A DNA stretch of 55,508 bases from a virus (IMGVR_UViG_3300050343_000179:1-55508); one strand, 5' to 3'. Shown: positions 36,501 to 46,174, counted from the first letter of the stretch. A program made the numbers and translations. The notes: a model not told the origin generated them from the sequence alone.

Positions 36501-37426
36501 CGGACACTTGTGTTGTAGATATATGGGCTCGCAGAACCTACGGTGTCTGTGGCTGACGTAGGGGTGCTGGGTAACGGTCCAACAATTTGATATTCCGTTT
36601 CGCTTGAAACCGTATTGCTTGCAGATAGGTCAGCAGCCGCAAAACTTGCCAGAATTTTTTGATAAAACAAATCAAGTTCGGCTTGGCTGCAAAATTCAAA
36701 ACAATGCAGCAAATGGTGACTGTGGGTAGCGTTTAACTGGTCCTTGAACGTAAAACCATAGTAGTAACCTGTTCCACTGACTTTAAAAATTGATCTTCGG
36801 TTGCTGTAATCTGCTGCTTCGTTAGCAGATGCTGGTACAGCATTGGGGCGCAACAGTGTTTTACGTAGATCCAGGCTGACGACGCTGCACCCTCTGGGCA
36901 GTATCACCCCGCCCGATGGATCGTTAAAGCTAATCAGATCTGCATCAGTTGGTTCATAGGAACTGCTCCTTGCCGGGAAGTCGGCAGGGCTAAATGTCTT
37001 ACCATCGTCGTTCAGGACAATATACTCACCCGGCGCAACAACAATTGAAACCAGGGCACGGTCTTTCTGGCGTTGTGTAGTGAACCAGTCGCGGCTGGTG
37101 ATAATGGCTGCTTCAATCGCCGCGCGGTTAATGGTTTTAAATGGCCGCGCCTCGGAATATCCGCATTCAAGTTTTTGCAGGCTTATACGCCGCTCGATTT
37201 CAACTTCGGTTGCTTGGTACGCTCCACCAACAAAGGTATCTTGTCCGGTATACCCATTTACATAAAGAACATATGGAGCAGACAGTGGGTCTGACGGCAA
37301 ATCCGCGTTACCAGCTAACTGCCTCAGTTCATCTGCGACTAGATCCACCTGCCCACGAAACTGAGCCTGGGTGGTATCAATATGTCCCAAAGAACCAGCT
37401 TGGCCCGCACGGCTGATCTCAGTCAC
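33509..37426 (-). CDS. large tail spike/fibre structural protein, 1305 aa
   Basis: LYVN..TG.D...RPFKTINRA beta-helix entry; WTAGQYYRPGD CBM-like motif. Confidence 0.75.
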   Translation of the reverse strand: MTEISRAGQAGSLGHIDTTQAQFRGQVDLVADELRQLAGNADLPSDPLSAPYVLYVNGYTGQDTFVGGAYQATEVEIERRISLQKLECGYSEARPFKTINRAAIEAAIITSRDWFTTQRQKDRALVSIVVAPGEYIVLNDDGKTFSPADFPARSSSYEPTDADLISFNDPSGGVILPRGCSVVSLDLRKTLLRPNAVPASANEAADYSNRRSIFKVSGTGYYYGFTFKDQLNATHSHHLLHCFEFCSQAELDLFYQKILASFAAADLSASNTVSSETEYQIVGPLPSTPTSATDTVGSASPYIYNTSVRSVWGMGGVFANGNKPEGFRSMVIAQFTSVSLQQDMGCWQLYSSGAWGTVANYTTYINASPDNIRMNPDRRSFHIRAINNAVIQEVSVFAIGQGVHHWTQSGGELTITNSNSNFGGCAALSEDYRTYAFNNDQDWTTGRLRVASNLAEKRGNVVKIYVGDVADGQTDAAIQSQNWFNLGESLEESVVTPGEPNILRERDYTFRQGSWLWIENPTGADYRVQLPASTWDVTDPDKLNFLGTVENEDGIQPGQAILAPSGVPTGQYYPSLAGRRVYIRRLRDNRSSEARRFSLILNNTNNQCRLPVRDYVAQTPTSGIPNTKILTVLQVGGEPASGAGVKRTASVVLRRQNPAAPWTAGQYYRPGDNATANGKHYMCVKETTDTSFLDSEWQEAFVHMEQAYNNEDFLPNAQPEIAFDNDTDGSGTSVTCGYDLATVWSTDPLIINQYRTATDYLGIHSFLVSIGFSDSDAHTILLPRAFDDRDRNPGTQLDGIAPPSGAATSWANWPLEFRRPSIIRLFGHAWEWAGYLNYTKAMPQYQQELGNINRFTYYFTHQNGGRVYASGFNQEGFLVNNRGLEDLATGSVLSVDQLGSDDYTIDFPTYYENLSVDNLAVNSQLNLTSAEVVGRPTWQESGSKPYLATVDKISMGPFGGPLPELPLSTQTQEGVIRLATASEAQAFVRNDLAISPATLIEALGDAVKSVVNCRISLSSTSAILDSNQSGSTVYLHPYSGNELALYDNITRRWRVRRFSSVLSFSLATANVANTNYDVYLYDTNPTDSLNGTFALEYTAWSGDRTPPARGNQDGILVKNGEATKRLIGVIRTTSAGNSIVSLGGVITGANSANYPRVYIANLYNLYDVSSRYFFGNSWGVVSSAWSTVPASVYPTTPRCSFVQASETLVTAFLDIYSNYQGSNWPTDYSFCYVAPGIDSVSSPPDDAFYGETIGMNDTAGSQWARTLGSGMHDIYYLYKMRLNGGVASNEINQHAAHGLIITTKA

Positions 37427-37436
37427 GTTTTTAGAA

Positions 37437-38447
37437 TCAGGATGTTACCAATAGTTTAATGTCTTCTGTCGTCACAAACTGCACAGTGCCTGCCACGATT
37501 TCCGCCGGGCGCAGGTTTACGGCGCTAGCAGTGACCAAGATGTTGGCTTCATAGTACAGACCGCCTTGGATCGATCCGTTAATATCGCCACAGCTACCTC
37601 CTCTGTCAACCATCCAGAATTGTGCAGTAGCTTCGCATCCTTTCTCCGTCATCATCAGTAATTGGAACAGCGCAAGGCCGCTGTCCTTTTCGTTGGTGTA
37701 ACACTTACGGTCGATGAGAAACTCAGCAGAACCGCCACCCGTGACCAACGACTTGACTGCATTGCCGAATTTTTCTGATACGGAGGTAGTCTCTACGCTT
37801 GGAGCATTTAATTCAAGCGACCATTGAGCAAGGTCACAAAGTTGCTGCCAAGCCGCTTCATACGGGGAAACAGTAACGTCCCCCGCAACAGAGAATAGAT
37901 TAATCCGGTTAGGCAGACACCCAGCAAGGGCATCGCATCGTTCAAGGTAAAAGCTTACGCGGTCCAAACTGTCGATGTGTATGTAATATTCACCAGAGGC
38001 GCAAGGCGGAATGACGTTACCCACAGAAGTGTCACCTTCGCGTGAATAAAACTGCGAAGCGTCACCCACAGTTGTCGAAGCAAAAAAATCGTCACCAGAC
38101 TGAGTAATAAGCTGATCTCCTGCTTGAGTTACAACAAACCCGTCGCCGTCAGGATACTGTTCTGTTGAAGTTTTATAAAACCTGTCGCTGTTGCTGCTTA
38201 TTTGGGTTCTGTTTGGTCCTAAAAACCAGTTACTCCCGTAATAACTTGCATATCCGTCAACCCTTGGAGGAAACGGGCCCGTTGCTGTCGGTAAGCAGTC
38301 AACAGTTACACGATCTCCATTCCAATAGCCTGATTTAGACGCAGTGTAAAGGTTGTTTCCGACATCCAAAGCCGAGTCTGAAATAATAAACAACTCCGGG
38401 GCTGCTCGTTTTAAAAGCAGCTTTCCGCCAACACCAAGTACAGCCAT
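37437..38447 (-). CDS. minor tail protein with tail-tube-like fold
   Basis: MAVLGVGGKL N-terminus and WSLEL...ETTS...GGGSAEF C-terminal half. Confidence 0.6.
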   Translation of the reverse strand: MAVLGVGGKLLLKRAAPELFIISDSALDVGNNLYTASKSGYWNGDRVTVDCLPTATGPFPPRVDGYASYYGSNWFLGPNRTQISSNSDRFYKTSTEQYPDGDGFVVTQAGDQLITQSGDDFFASTTVGDASQFYSREGDTSVGNVIPPCASGEYYIHIDSLDRVSFYLERCDALAGCLPNRINLFSVAGDVTVSPYEAAWQQLCDLAQWSLELNAPSVETTSVSEKFGNAVKSLVTGGGSAEFLIDRKCYTNEKDSGLALFQLLMMTEKGCEATAQFWMVDRGGSCGDINGSIQGGLYYEANILVTASAVNLRPAEIVAGTVQFVTTEDIKLLVTS

Positions 38448-38842
38448 TAGAAATTACCGACGGGTTTCCCATTCACTTGAAAGCTCACAGATACTGCTTG
38501 CACTGCACCCACCGAAACGCTTGGGCTGACGCTGGTTACAAAGGCAGAACAGCTAAGCTTCGTACCATCCTGACGGCGAAGCACAAAATCTACGGAGTCA
38601 CTCGCCTCGTTGTTTTTAAAAACAGAATTGAGCAATGTAGTCGCAGGGTTGTTGCCGGGGTCGTACAAAACAGTCGCTGATCCAGTTGTACCCCTCATGC
38701 CTTCGACATATGTCCTGTCGTAGCTGCCAATCGATGTATCCTCTAATGCGTCTTTTGAAACGCTAAGACTCCACTCTCGGCACTTGCCTACAGCACTGCC
38801 GTTGAATCTTAATTCGCCATCGCTTCCTGTTAAGACTCCCAT
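38447..38842 (-). CDS. tail-tube-like minor tail protein
   Basis: GSDG...REWSLSVSKDALEDTSIG...GSATVLYD...VSFQVNG. Confidence 0.7.
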   Translation of the reverse strand: MGVLTGSDGELRFNGSAVGKCREWSLSVSKDALEDTSIGSYDRTYVEGMRGTTGSATVLYDPGNNPATTLLNSVFKNNEASDSVDFVLRRQDGTKLSCSAFVTSVSPSVSVGAVQAVSVSFQVNGKPVGNF

Positions 38843-39216
38843 TAGCCGTCCAGAGTTGCTACCAACGTTACACGTATTCTAGATCGACCAGGCACCAAAG
38901 ACTCGACGCTTGGCATTTCAGACCACCTCCAGTTCAAATAACTTGGTATTTGATTCTCTGGTCCGGCCATACCTTCAAACACTGTCGCAGGTAACGTCAA
39001 GATTTTTGCCCCACCACGACTGTCGTGCCAGCTTTGAAGAACTGCTGCAGTATTGGTATCATCAAGCAAAAATTCTAGATTCAGCGTTGCATTAAATGCC
39101 TTACTCCCATATAGCCGGGTCGTACCTGCACCGCTAATACTGTCAAAACGCTTGGTTGGGTACTCGCCCGGTGTAAAGCTACGCCGTGTTGGCCTTACTG
39201 CTGGAAAATTGATCAT
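38842..39216 (-). CDS. distal tail (Dit/gpM-like) protein
   Basis: 124 aa; position and FP...P..R / WRW pattern. Confidence 0.55.
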   Translation of the reverse strand: MINFPAVRPTRRSFTPGEYPTKRFDSISGAGTTRLYGSKAFNATLNLEFLLDDTNTAAVLQSWHDSRGGAKILTLPATVFEGMAGPENQIPSYLNWRWSEMPSVESLVPGRSRIRVTLVATLDG

Positions 39217-39218
39217 TC

Positions 39219-42200
39219 TTACGTCCCCTCAATTACAAAGTTGCTGTCGTCAAATTCGGCCACCATTTGAGAGTAACCGCTGTCAGCAGTTGGGTAGTAA
39301 GTTGCTACAACATCTATGTTACCGTCCTCGTCAAATGAAAGAGATTGGGTCTTATAGCTTTGGACACTGCTGATGGAATTTTTTAAACAGAAAACAGCAG
39401 AACTTTGAGTGCATTTGCCGCTGGCAATCGTCAGCGATGCCTCCTTGATTGCATTATCCTTTCCGTCCCAAAGCAACACGTCATAGGTGCCGTCTGCAAT
39501 CTCGGGCCATGACGTTACGGTTCCGTCCTCGGTGATAGCGCCGTTTTGTGGCTGGTTGTAACTGATCGTTTCCATGCCTAGCTTGAAAACCGAACCAATG
39601 TCCAATGCTGCCTCTGTAGGCGTGGTTTTAAAAGTAACGCTATGAGTGACAAGTCGTCGCGTCAAGCATTCCCACTTGGCGCGATCAATTGCATGACGCT
39701 GACTAGTGCAGTAATCACTTAAATCAATTTTCTCCAATGGAGCATCTTCAGGTGTGCTGCTTTCCCGTACTGTCACTTCCCGCGAAACTGGGAAAAGACC
39801 TTTTCCAACGGTTCCGCTTGTCTCGCGCTCTTCACGCCAAATCACGGAAACCTTTGGCGGTATGCGATCTTGATCATCGGAAAACGAAAGCGAGAAAGAA
39901 TCTTCGAGAATATTGCCACTTGTAAACAACTGCGTAATAGTTTCAGGTGCATCGAAGCTGGCCACAGGTTCCAACGCAAACTTGCCATTACGAATCACTA
40001 GGTCGAGCAAATAATTTGCAGCCGTCTGTGCTCCCCATGACCGGATATTGATTTTGTCGCTGACCGCTCCATCAAAGAAATATCGGCGGTTGTAAGTGAA
40101 CGTGGACGCCGCAGTAAAACTCGCTTGATCAATTTGAGCAGAACTTAAAACTTGTCCGGTTCCGTACCTGTCATTTGTCAGCAGGTCTAGCAGTACTTCA
40201 GGAAAGCTTGACGTGGCATTGATCCCACTATTCACATAAACACTAAATTGATTCAGTGTCCTAATCTCTTTGCTGCTGCGAATGTTCATGCCGACAATCG
40301 CCATGTTGTCATAATTCGGCGTGCTGGTGTTGGTCGTAATGGAATTGATGTAAACAACTTGATGCTCTGGCTGGCTGGTACTGGCAGTGATTTCGTTATA
40401 AATAAATGATTCGGCTAAACGAGCGTAGGCATCCGCGTAGAACTCATCATCATCATCAAAACCTGTCCCAAGATCTTTTTTAATGACGCTTGTGACGTTA
40501 ATTTGGAATACTGGGCTTATCGCAACCGCTGGGTCTATCAACCCAGACACACTAAGTGGATCACGAATCTGTAGCGTGTTACCCACTTGGAACAAACTGC
40601 CGCCGTCTGTGAGAGTGAAGCTTGTGATGCTGCCGCCTGCGGGATCAGGCGATCCCCCAATTAACGGCACTGTCACCACAATCGTGGCTTGTGCGTTTCG
40701 ACCAGAACCAGTCGTGGCATCAAGAGTTACGTTATACGTGCCAGCTTGATAACCCTTGCCGACAGTCATTCCCGCTGTATCAACACCAGAAATCTCGGTC
40801 TCTAGTGGGGACAAACTTTGAATAGCAAATGTGTCCTGGCTACGCGCCACCTGTTCGCCTGTGAAAGACACATTGACGTTGCCACTCGTTACGGTCCTGA
40901 GATTGCCAAGGTGCGGATCTAATACCTCAAGATCCCCCGTTGCAATATTGTTTCTTATTTCCCAGCCGCTGATCGGGGTCATGCGAATCTCCCAGCGGCG
41001 AACGTCAGCAAATTCAAAACGCAGATAGTTATATACTGCAACTCCTGTTGTGCTCCTGACGCCAAATAGTTGATTCAAGTCGGTGTAAGAGTCATTGGAT
41101 CCAGCAACCCGGTAGCTGACACGAAAAAATGAATAACGTGTCTCGAATGTGCTGTACTGACCGCTAATAAAATTCGTCAGGTTTGCATCATCAATGTCTT
41201 TGCCATCATCTTTATCGCAAGCATCAAAATCAATGCGCTCGTAGCCCCTAGCGTCTTTGAAATTACAAAGCCCTGAAATGTTTACCTGAAGATTGCTGCG
41301 GATCCCGACTTCAACTACACGTCCCTGACGTTCAGTTGAAAAGATTGCTTCTGCCGCCTGCATAATGTGGCTGCTCTGTGTGGCGTTATAACCACCAGCT
41401 GCCTGCACCGTCCCAGCGGTCCACAAGTTCGCCTGACCAGCACGAATAACTTCAAATATTGCAGTGGTTGTCGTCCCACCACCGACAGGATCATTATCTG
41501 CATCAGAAACGAAAACTTCATCTGACCTTTGCTTGCATATTGCTAATGCGCTGCCGATTCGGTAAAGGTCTCCGTAGTTAATCTGTTCGTCATTGGATCT
41601 TTGACGAGAAGCGACAGCTTGACCTACGTCGCCGCAACTAGCCTCGCCTTCATCGCCACCTTGCTGAAATACTCGCTGTATGTCGGAGCTTGAGTAAATT
41701 GTTACAGTTACATCATCACCGACAGCCAGACTGGTCAGAGTGTCTGAGCCACCAATAGCGCCAACACGCCCTGGGAAAATGTAATTCTGTTTATTGCGCT
41801 CGGCCCTTTGCTGCCAGTCTGCGGCGCAGTTAAGTTCACCATCGGATCTAGTTTCGGCTTTACGAGCGGTACGGAATGACGGGTTTACCCTAAATGAAAA
41901 GTTGTTTCCAATAAATCCATAAACCCCAAATGCCGTTTGGTTGCTTGGGGTGGAGACATAACAGAAATCAGTTGTCCAAGCATTACCTAAACCGCGAACC
42001 TGAAACACGTCACCACCGCCAGCATTTTGAGCGTTGCCTGTATCGTTTGCAGCGAGTTGCCCAGCAATGCGATCAGAAGACGAAAGACGCCCCCCATCAG
42101 GGCTCGAATAAATTGTTATTCGCCCAAAGTCACTGTTCAAGTCATAACCGTTGATCAAGTTGTTACCAATGGCAAACTGCTCTGCATCCAAATTTGTGAT

Positions 42201-42701
42201 ACTGGCTTCACCTATTAAAAACACTGCTCTTAATAGTTGGCCGCCACCAATGCTGTAAATTTGCGACCAAATTAAATTCGTATTAACTCTTACTCCGCCA
42301 TAAGCGATGCCGTCGATAAACTGCCTATTTGCATATACAAGTGGTACAACAGAGCCCAGCTCAACTACGTTTTGAACAGAGTCAAAACCGCTTTTAGGCG
42401 TAAAACGTGAGCCATTGACTAGATTCTGACCCTGGACCGTCTTGGAATCGAGGTTTTGCGCTTCTGGTGCTTTTGGTTTTGGGGCCAATAATGTCGCTAA
42501 ATAAGTTAAGGCAATGCCAATGACTAGCTGAATCAGAATTGACACTGGGTCAACAAATGCTGTTGGCTCTCCAGGTCGCAACTTGGAATGCAGAATTGCT
42601 TGCCGCATGAAAAAGCGGTAATCCTTTTCGCTCATCCCCGTGAGCTGCATGATCTGCCGATCCTGCGGCAGTAAAGCAATTTGGCGGTTTGGATTCAGCA
42701 T
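39219..42701 (-). CDS. tail tip/hub protein (gpJ-like), 1160 aa
   Basis: LLAPKP, ELGSVVPLVY, LDLLTNDRYGTG and FFDG...LFTSGNI. Confidence 0.8.
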   Translation of the reverse strand: MLNPNRQIALLPQDRQIMQLTGMSEKDYRFFMRQAILHSKLRPGEPTAFVDPVSILIQLVIGIALTYLATLLAPKPKAPEAQNLDSKTVQGQNLVNGSRFTPKSGFDSVQNVVELGSVVPLVYANRQFIDGIAYGGVRVNTNLIWSQIYSIGGGQLLRAVFLIGEASITNLDAEQFAIGNNLINGYDLNSDFGRITIYSSPDGGRLSSSDRIAGQLAANDTGNAQNAGGGDVFQVRGLGNAWTTDFCYVSTPSNQTAFGVYGFIGNNFSFRVNPSFRTARKAETRSDGELNCAADWQQRAERNKQNYIFPGRVGAIGGSDTLTSLAVGDDVTVTIYSSSDIQRVFQQGGDEGEASCGDVGQAVASRQRSNDEQINYGDLYRIGSALAICKQRSDEVFVSDADNDPVGGGTTTTAIFEVIRAGQANLWTAGTVQAAGGYNATQSSHIMQAAEAIFSTERQGRVVEVGIRSNLQVNISGLCNFKDARGYERIDFDACDKDDGKDIDDANLTNFISGQYSTFETRYSFFRVSYRVAGSNDSYTDLNQLFGVRSTTGVAVYNYLRFEFADVRRWEIRMTPISGWEIRNNIATGDLEVLDPHLGNLRTVTSGNVNVSFTGEQVARSQDTFAIQSLSPLETEISGVDTAGMTVGKGYQAGTYNVTLDATTGSGRNAQATIVVTVPLIGGSPDPAGGSITSFTLTDGGSLFQVGNTLQIRDPLSVSGLIDPAVAISPVFQINVTSVIKKDLGTGFDDDDEFYADAYARLAESFIYNEITASTSQPEHQVVYINSITTNTSTPNYDNMAIVGMNIRSSKEIRTLNQFSVYVNSGINATSSFPEVLLDLLTNDRYGTGQVLSSAQIDQASFTAASTFTYNRRYFFDGAVSDKINIRSWGAQTAANYLLDLVIRNGKFALEPVASFDAPETITQLFTSGNILEDSFSLSFSDDQDRIPPKVSVIWREERETSGTVGKGLFPVSREVTVRESSTPEDAPLEKIDLSDYCTSQRHAIDRAKWECLTRRLVTHSVTFKTTPTEAALDIGSVFKLGMETISYNQPQNGAITEDGTVTSWPEIADGTYDVLLWDGKDNAIKEASLTIASGKCTQSSAVFCLKNSISSVQSYKTQSLSFDEDGNIDVVATYYPTADSGYSQMVAEFDDSNFVIEGT

Positions 42702-43171
42702 TACTGGAGGTTTATATTGCCTGTAGAGGGAAGACTCCCGACAAGAGCTTGTGTCAACAGTCTGCGCGGTGCGTTCTGGCTTACCGCATCCAATGGGCTG
42801 CCAAGTCGAATCGATAAGCGGCTTGAGTCATGTTCTAAGCCTGTAACTGCATATACTTCTTCTCCGTAAGTGCTCCCTTCATCCAACGTATCAGGGTCAA
42901 GCCATACCGTGCGGATTTGAATCAACCATCGATTTTGGGCTGCTTGCTGAAAAACTAATAGGTCAAGCTGATTAACAGCAAAGACAAGGCTGGCACTGAT
43001 ATTTCCAGCTTGCAAGTCAACCGTCCCACCGCTAAACCCGAAGGCCCCAAAGATATAACTTTCGCCGTTATAAGTCCTTGTTTCGCCATGATGAAAATTC
43101 TGGAATCCATATCCGGCTGAAGCGCCAGCGTGATCCAGCAGCTTTATGTAGGTTCCAATTGCAATAGTCAT
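42701..43171 (-). CDS. minor tail protein (gpL-like)
   Basis: YNGESY.F..F, L.SPLDAV...PRR; follows the tape measure. Confidence 0.65.
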   Translation of the reverse strand: MTIAIGTYIKLLDHAGASAGYGFQNFHHGETRTYNGESYIFGAFGFSGGTVDLQAGNISASLVFAVNQLDLLVFQQAAQNRWLIQIRTVWLDPDTLDEGSTYGEEVYAVTGLEHDSSRLSIRLGSPLDAVSQNAPRRLLTQALVGSLPSTGNINLQ

Positions 43172-43584
43172 CTGATACCCACCTGTGCGCGAGTGGCAGG
43201 ACGATTGCGAAGATCACTCAGAACTTTTGCTTGTGCATCGCGAGCTGTCGATTTCATGCCCTGTGAAAACTGCTCGACGGTGACATACTCAACGTTATTG
43301 ATAACAGTAGTTTCAGTCCTGACATCAATCGGGTTGCTGTTTATTGAAGCGATGCGTTCACGCTCCATAACTTTTTCCTTAGTGTAAGAGGTTGAGGTGC
43401 CGATGGCCTCAGCGTTCTCGGCAAAGGCGTTATTAGAGCTGTTTTTCGCGCCGCCCATTGCTTTACGAGCAGCCTCAAACTGTTCATTGTTAGTGACGAC
43501 TCCGCTTTGGCGTGGAATAAAAAGCTCTCTCCCACGCTCTCCAACGATGTAAGGCGTGTTTGCGGTTACTGGGCCGCCGTTGGC
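43168..43584 (-). pseudogene. tape measure protein C-terminal segment, out of frame
   Basis: Frame reads ANGGPVTANTPYIVGERGRELFIP..., a classic TMP C-terminal motif, directly after an in-frame TGA. Confidence 0.8.
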
Positions 43585-45473
43585 TCAGGAAAAGCTTGCC
43601 CCGCTTCAGCTTCGTACTTGGCCAGCCTTGTCCTAAGGTCATCTGTTTTGTCAGCTGCTTTATTAAAAGCTTCAGCAAACTGGTTCTCAATAGCTTGTTC
43701 AGCGGAAGCACCAATTCCTTTTGTTTTTAGAGAAATATCGCGCAGTTGTCTATCAAGAATCTCAGACAATTTTAACGCTGCATTCCTTGCTCTAAGAGCT
43801 TTATCAATACCACTTCCGCCTGACAACTTGCCATCGCCATCAAGATCACCGGTAGGAGGAGCAATTGTGTTAGGTCCGGCGAATTTAGAGGGGGAAAATG
43901 ATTTCAGAATATCCAAAAATTTTTGCACTTCTGGAGAGGGTGCGCCCTGCTCCTGAGGTTTGCCGTATTGCTTACGCAGAATATCTTTTTCTAGTTGCGT
44001 TGGGCCCAGGAAAGGTATTCCGTCAAAGTTTGCTAAACCCTGAGTAATAAACATAACAGTTTTAACTATTGGCGCAAGTATCTCGCCTATTGCTCTACTT
44101 GCGCCCACTGTTATCTCGTAAACGGCTTCAGCAAAAGCAGCCGTCTCTGCTATTAGTCGCTGGAACTGTTCTTTGTTGCCATTGACATAGTCAATAATTT
44201 CCTTAAGGCTGTCTTGAAAACCTGCACCTATGAATAAAAACAAATTACCGTAAGATTCCTGCATCTCATCTAACGCAATCTGAAGCCTAACTCCTGCTTT
44301 TTCAGGACCACTAGCTAAGGCTTTAGCAACCTCTGCATAATCTTCACCCTGCTGCTCGGTGAATCTGACGAATTTTGCGATTGTCACCTCTCCCTTCTTA
44401 AATTGTTCTGCTAACTCCTGAAGGCTGATCTTGTTCGCGGCAGCAAATTTTGCCACGGCACCTGGAATGCGTTCACCGATTTGCCCGGAAATTTCTTCAG
44501 CACTAGCCTTGCCCTTACTCAGAACCTGAGTTGTAGCGAGAAACAATGCCTGCAAATCTTCTTGAGACTTACCTGCGGCAACGCCAGAAACGGTAATACC
44601 CTCGTAAATCGCTTGAGTTTGCTTGACGGTAAGGTTATTTGCTTTTGCAGCAGCCGTTACGCCCGTATAGCCCTTGATTACATCGATAAGCCTAATTGCG
44701 TATTTTTTACTGATCTCTCTAGCAAAATCAAGATTTTGGTTGTACTCGACAATATCTTTAGACACCCCGCCAAGGGCACCTTTTGCCAAGTTCAATTCAG
44801 CCACATATTCCGCAACGCCAGCAGCTGCTTTTCTTACCTGACCAACCTGCGCTCCAAGCGCACCGCCAAGGATTGCACCACTAGTACCACCAATCGCGCC
44901 CAATGTGGCTCCAATCGCACCTTCGGGGCCACCAAACACACCAGCACCTGCAATCGTGCCTGCAATCTGTGCTCCAGTCCTGAGTCGGCCTCCGCGACCT
45001 CTGCCCTTACCCTCAGCCTTGGCAAGCTTCTTGTCCAGCTTGGCAAGCTCAATACCCGCCTCCTTGAACTCTTTACCCATAAGGTCAGCAGAGTCCCTTA
45101 CGGCTAACAGTTCATTCTTCTGAGCACGAAGAGCGTTGATTGAGTTCTTGGAATATTTAACGACAGTGCCGCTAGCCTTTTTCAAGGCTCTGTCTATCTT
45201 TTCAATCTCATCCCGGGCTTCCTTAAACTCTTTACTTGTTACGTCAACAGAACGCCTCAAAGCTTCAAACGCATCTCTTTGAGCGTTTAAGTTATTTAAT
45301 GATTTTACCGATGAAGACTGAAGGTCTCTTAACTTTTGAATTAATTCTGAAAAATTGTTCTCAGCACCATCGACCTCAGCAGAAACCTTCTTCATTGAAG
45401 ACTTGAGTTTTTCAAGCCCTTGCAGCCCGTCAACGACAGCATTAATCTTCAGGACAGTCTCGTTACTTGCCAT
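43566..45473 (-). CDS. tape measure protein, N-terminal 635 aa (interrupted)
   Basis: Coiled coils and TMP domain TQVLSKGKASAEEISGQIGERIPG; follows the chaperones. Confidence 0.9.
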   Translation of the reverse strand: MASNETVLKINAVVDGLQGLEKLKSSMKKVSAEVDGAENNFSELIQKLRDLQSSSVKSLNNLNAQRDAFEALRRSVDVTSKEFKEARDEIEKIDRALKKASGTVVKYSKNSINALRAQKNELLAVRDSADLMGKEFKEAGIELAKLDKKLAKAEGKGRGRGGRLRTGAQIAGTIAGAGVFGGPEGAIGATLGAIGGTSGAILGGALGAQVGQVRKAAAGVAEYVAELNLAKGALGGVSKDIVEYNQNLDFAREISKKYAIRLIDVIKGYTGVTAAAKANNLTVKQTQAIYEGITVSGVAAGKSQEDLQALFLATTQVLSKGKASAEEISGQIGERIPGAVAKFAAANKISLQELAEQFKKGEVTIAKFVRFTEQQGEDYAEVAKALASGPEKAGVRLQIALDEMQESYGNLFLFIGAGFQDSLKEIIDYVNGNKEQFQRLIAETAAFAEAVYEITVGASRAIGEILAPIVKTVMFITQGLANFDGIPFLGPTQLEKDILRKQYGKPQEQGAPSPEVQKFLDILKSFSPSKFAGPNTIAPPTGDLDGDGKLSGGSGIDKALRARNAALKLSEILDRQLRDISLKTKGIGASAEQAIENQFAEAFNKAADKTDDLRTRLAKYEAEAGQAFPEPTAAQ

Positions 45474-45823
45474 TACTTATCCGACTTGTTCAGTTCTGAG
45501 AGGGCTGCGGCTTCCATTACCTGAAGATCCTCCAGCATCTCACGGGGATTCTCTACATCATAAAGGGACATCAGTCCTGAAGCACCAAGCAAAACCTCAT
45601 ACTTCAATCCAACGTAACCACCCATCGTGACGGTCCATTGCGTTTGCATTCGCAAGAACATCATCAACGCATCCCAATTCTCTTCCCACACTTCAAAGTG
45701 CTCCTCCTTAGGAGCGGCCTGACGCTGCGGCTTCAATCCAAACACCGCCGCATCATCACCACTTTTATCTTCTACCCTCTTGCCGCCTTTCGCCCAATAC
45801 TCGACGGCACCTTTTAGTTTCCC
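45473..45823 (-). CDS. tail assembly chaperone, -1 frameshift extension (gpT-like)
   Basis: Frame is open from G-GGA-AAC (45817-45823); VWEENW..F.RMQTQW...GLKY...LQVME. Confidence 0.85.
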   Translation of the reverse strand, partial: GKLKGAVEYWAKGGKRVEDKSGDDAAVFGLKPQRQAAPKEEHFEVWEENWDALMMFLRMQTQWTVTMGGYVGLKYEVLLGASGLMSLYDVENPREMLEDLQVMEAAALSELNKSDK

Positions 45824-46140
45824 AGCTTGGCCCCCTCAAATGTCTCGGTGTAAGCCTGCAACACGCCGCGAATCCAGTAAGCATCATCAGCAAATTCTTT
45901 CATCGTTGCCTGACTAAACGGAACCGGCTTGCCTTCTTCGTCCTCAATGCCCTCCCATCCGATCAATACAGACTTAAGCAAATCAAAATCGCCTTTATCA
46001 GCAAGCTTTTGGAACTCAGACCTTGGCACCCGCTTAAACACCGCATCAAAAGTCGAAGTTTCAAACACCCCACCATCAGCAGGCTCCTCAACTTTTACGG
46101 GCCACTTAAAAGTCTTGACCTTTTTGCGAACGAATGCCAT
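45814..46140 (-). CDS. tail assembly chaperone (gpG-like)
   Basis: Lies between tail tube and TMP; ends LGN on slippery GGGAAAC. Confidence 0.88.
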   Translation of the reverse strand: MAFVRKKVKTFKWPVKVEEPADGGVFETSTFDAVFKRVPRSEFQKLADKGDFDLLKSVLIGWEGIEDEEGKPVPFSQATMKEFADDAYWIRGVLQAYTETFEGAKLGN

Positions 46141-46174
46141 TAAACAGATTTAGCTGCAATTAGTTTACAGCAAT

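Noticed and set aside
21680-37426. Diversity-generating retroelement or invertible fibre cassette
   Set aside because: No reverse transcriptase or invertase, and no adenine-specific TR/VR pair was seen.
44481-45107. 208-aa antisense ORF in the tape measure gene
   Set aside because: Antisense shadow of a clear structural gene.
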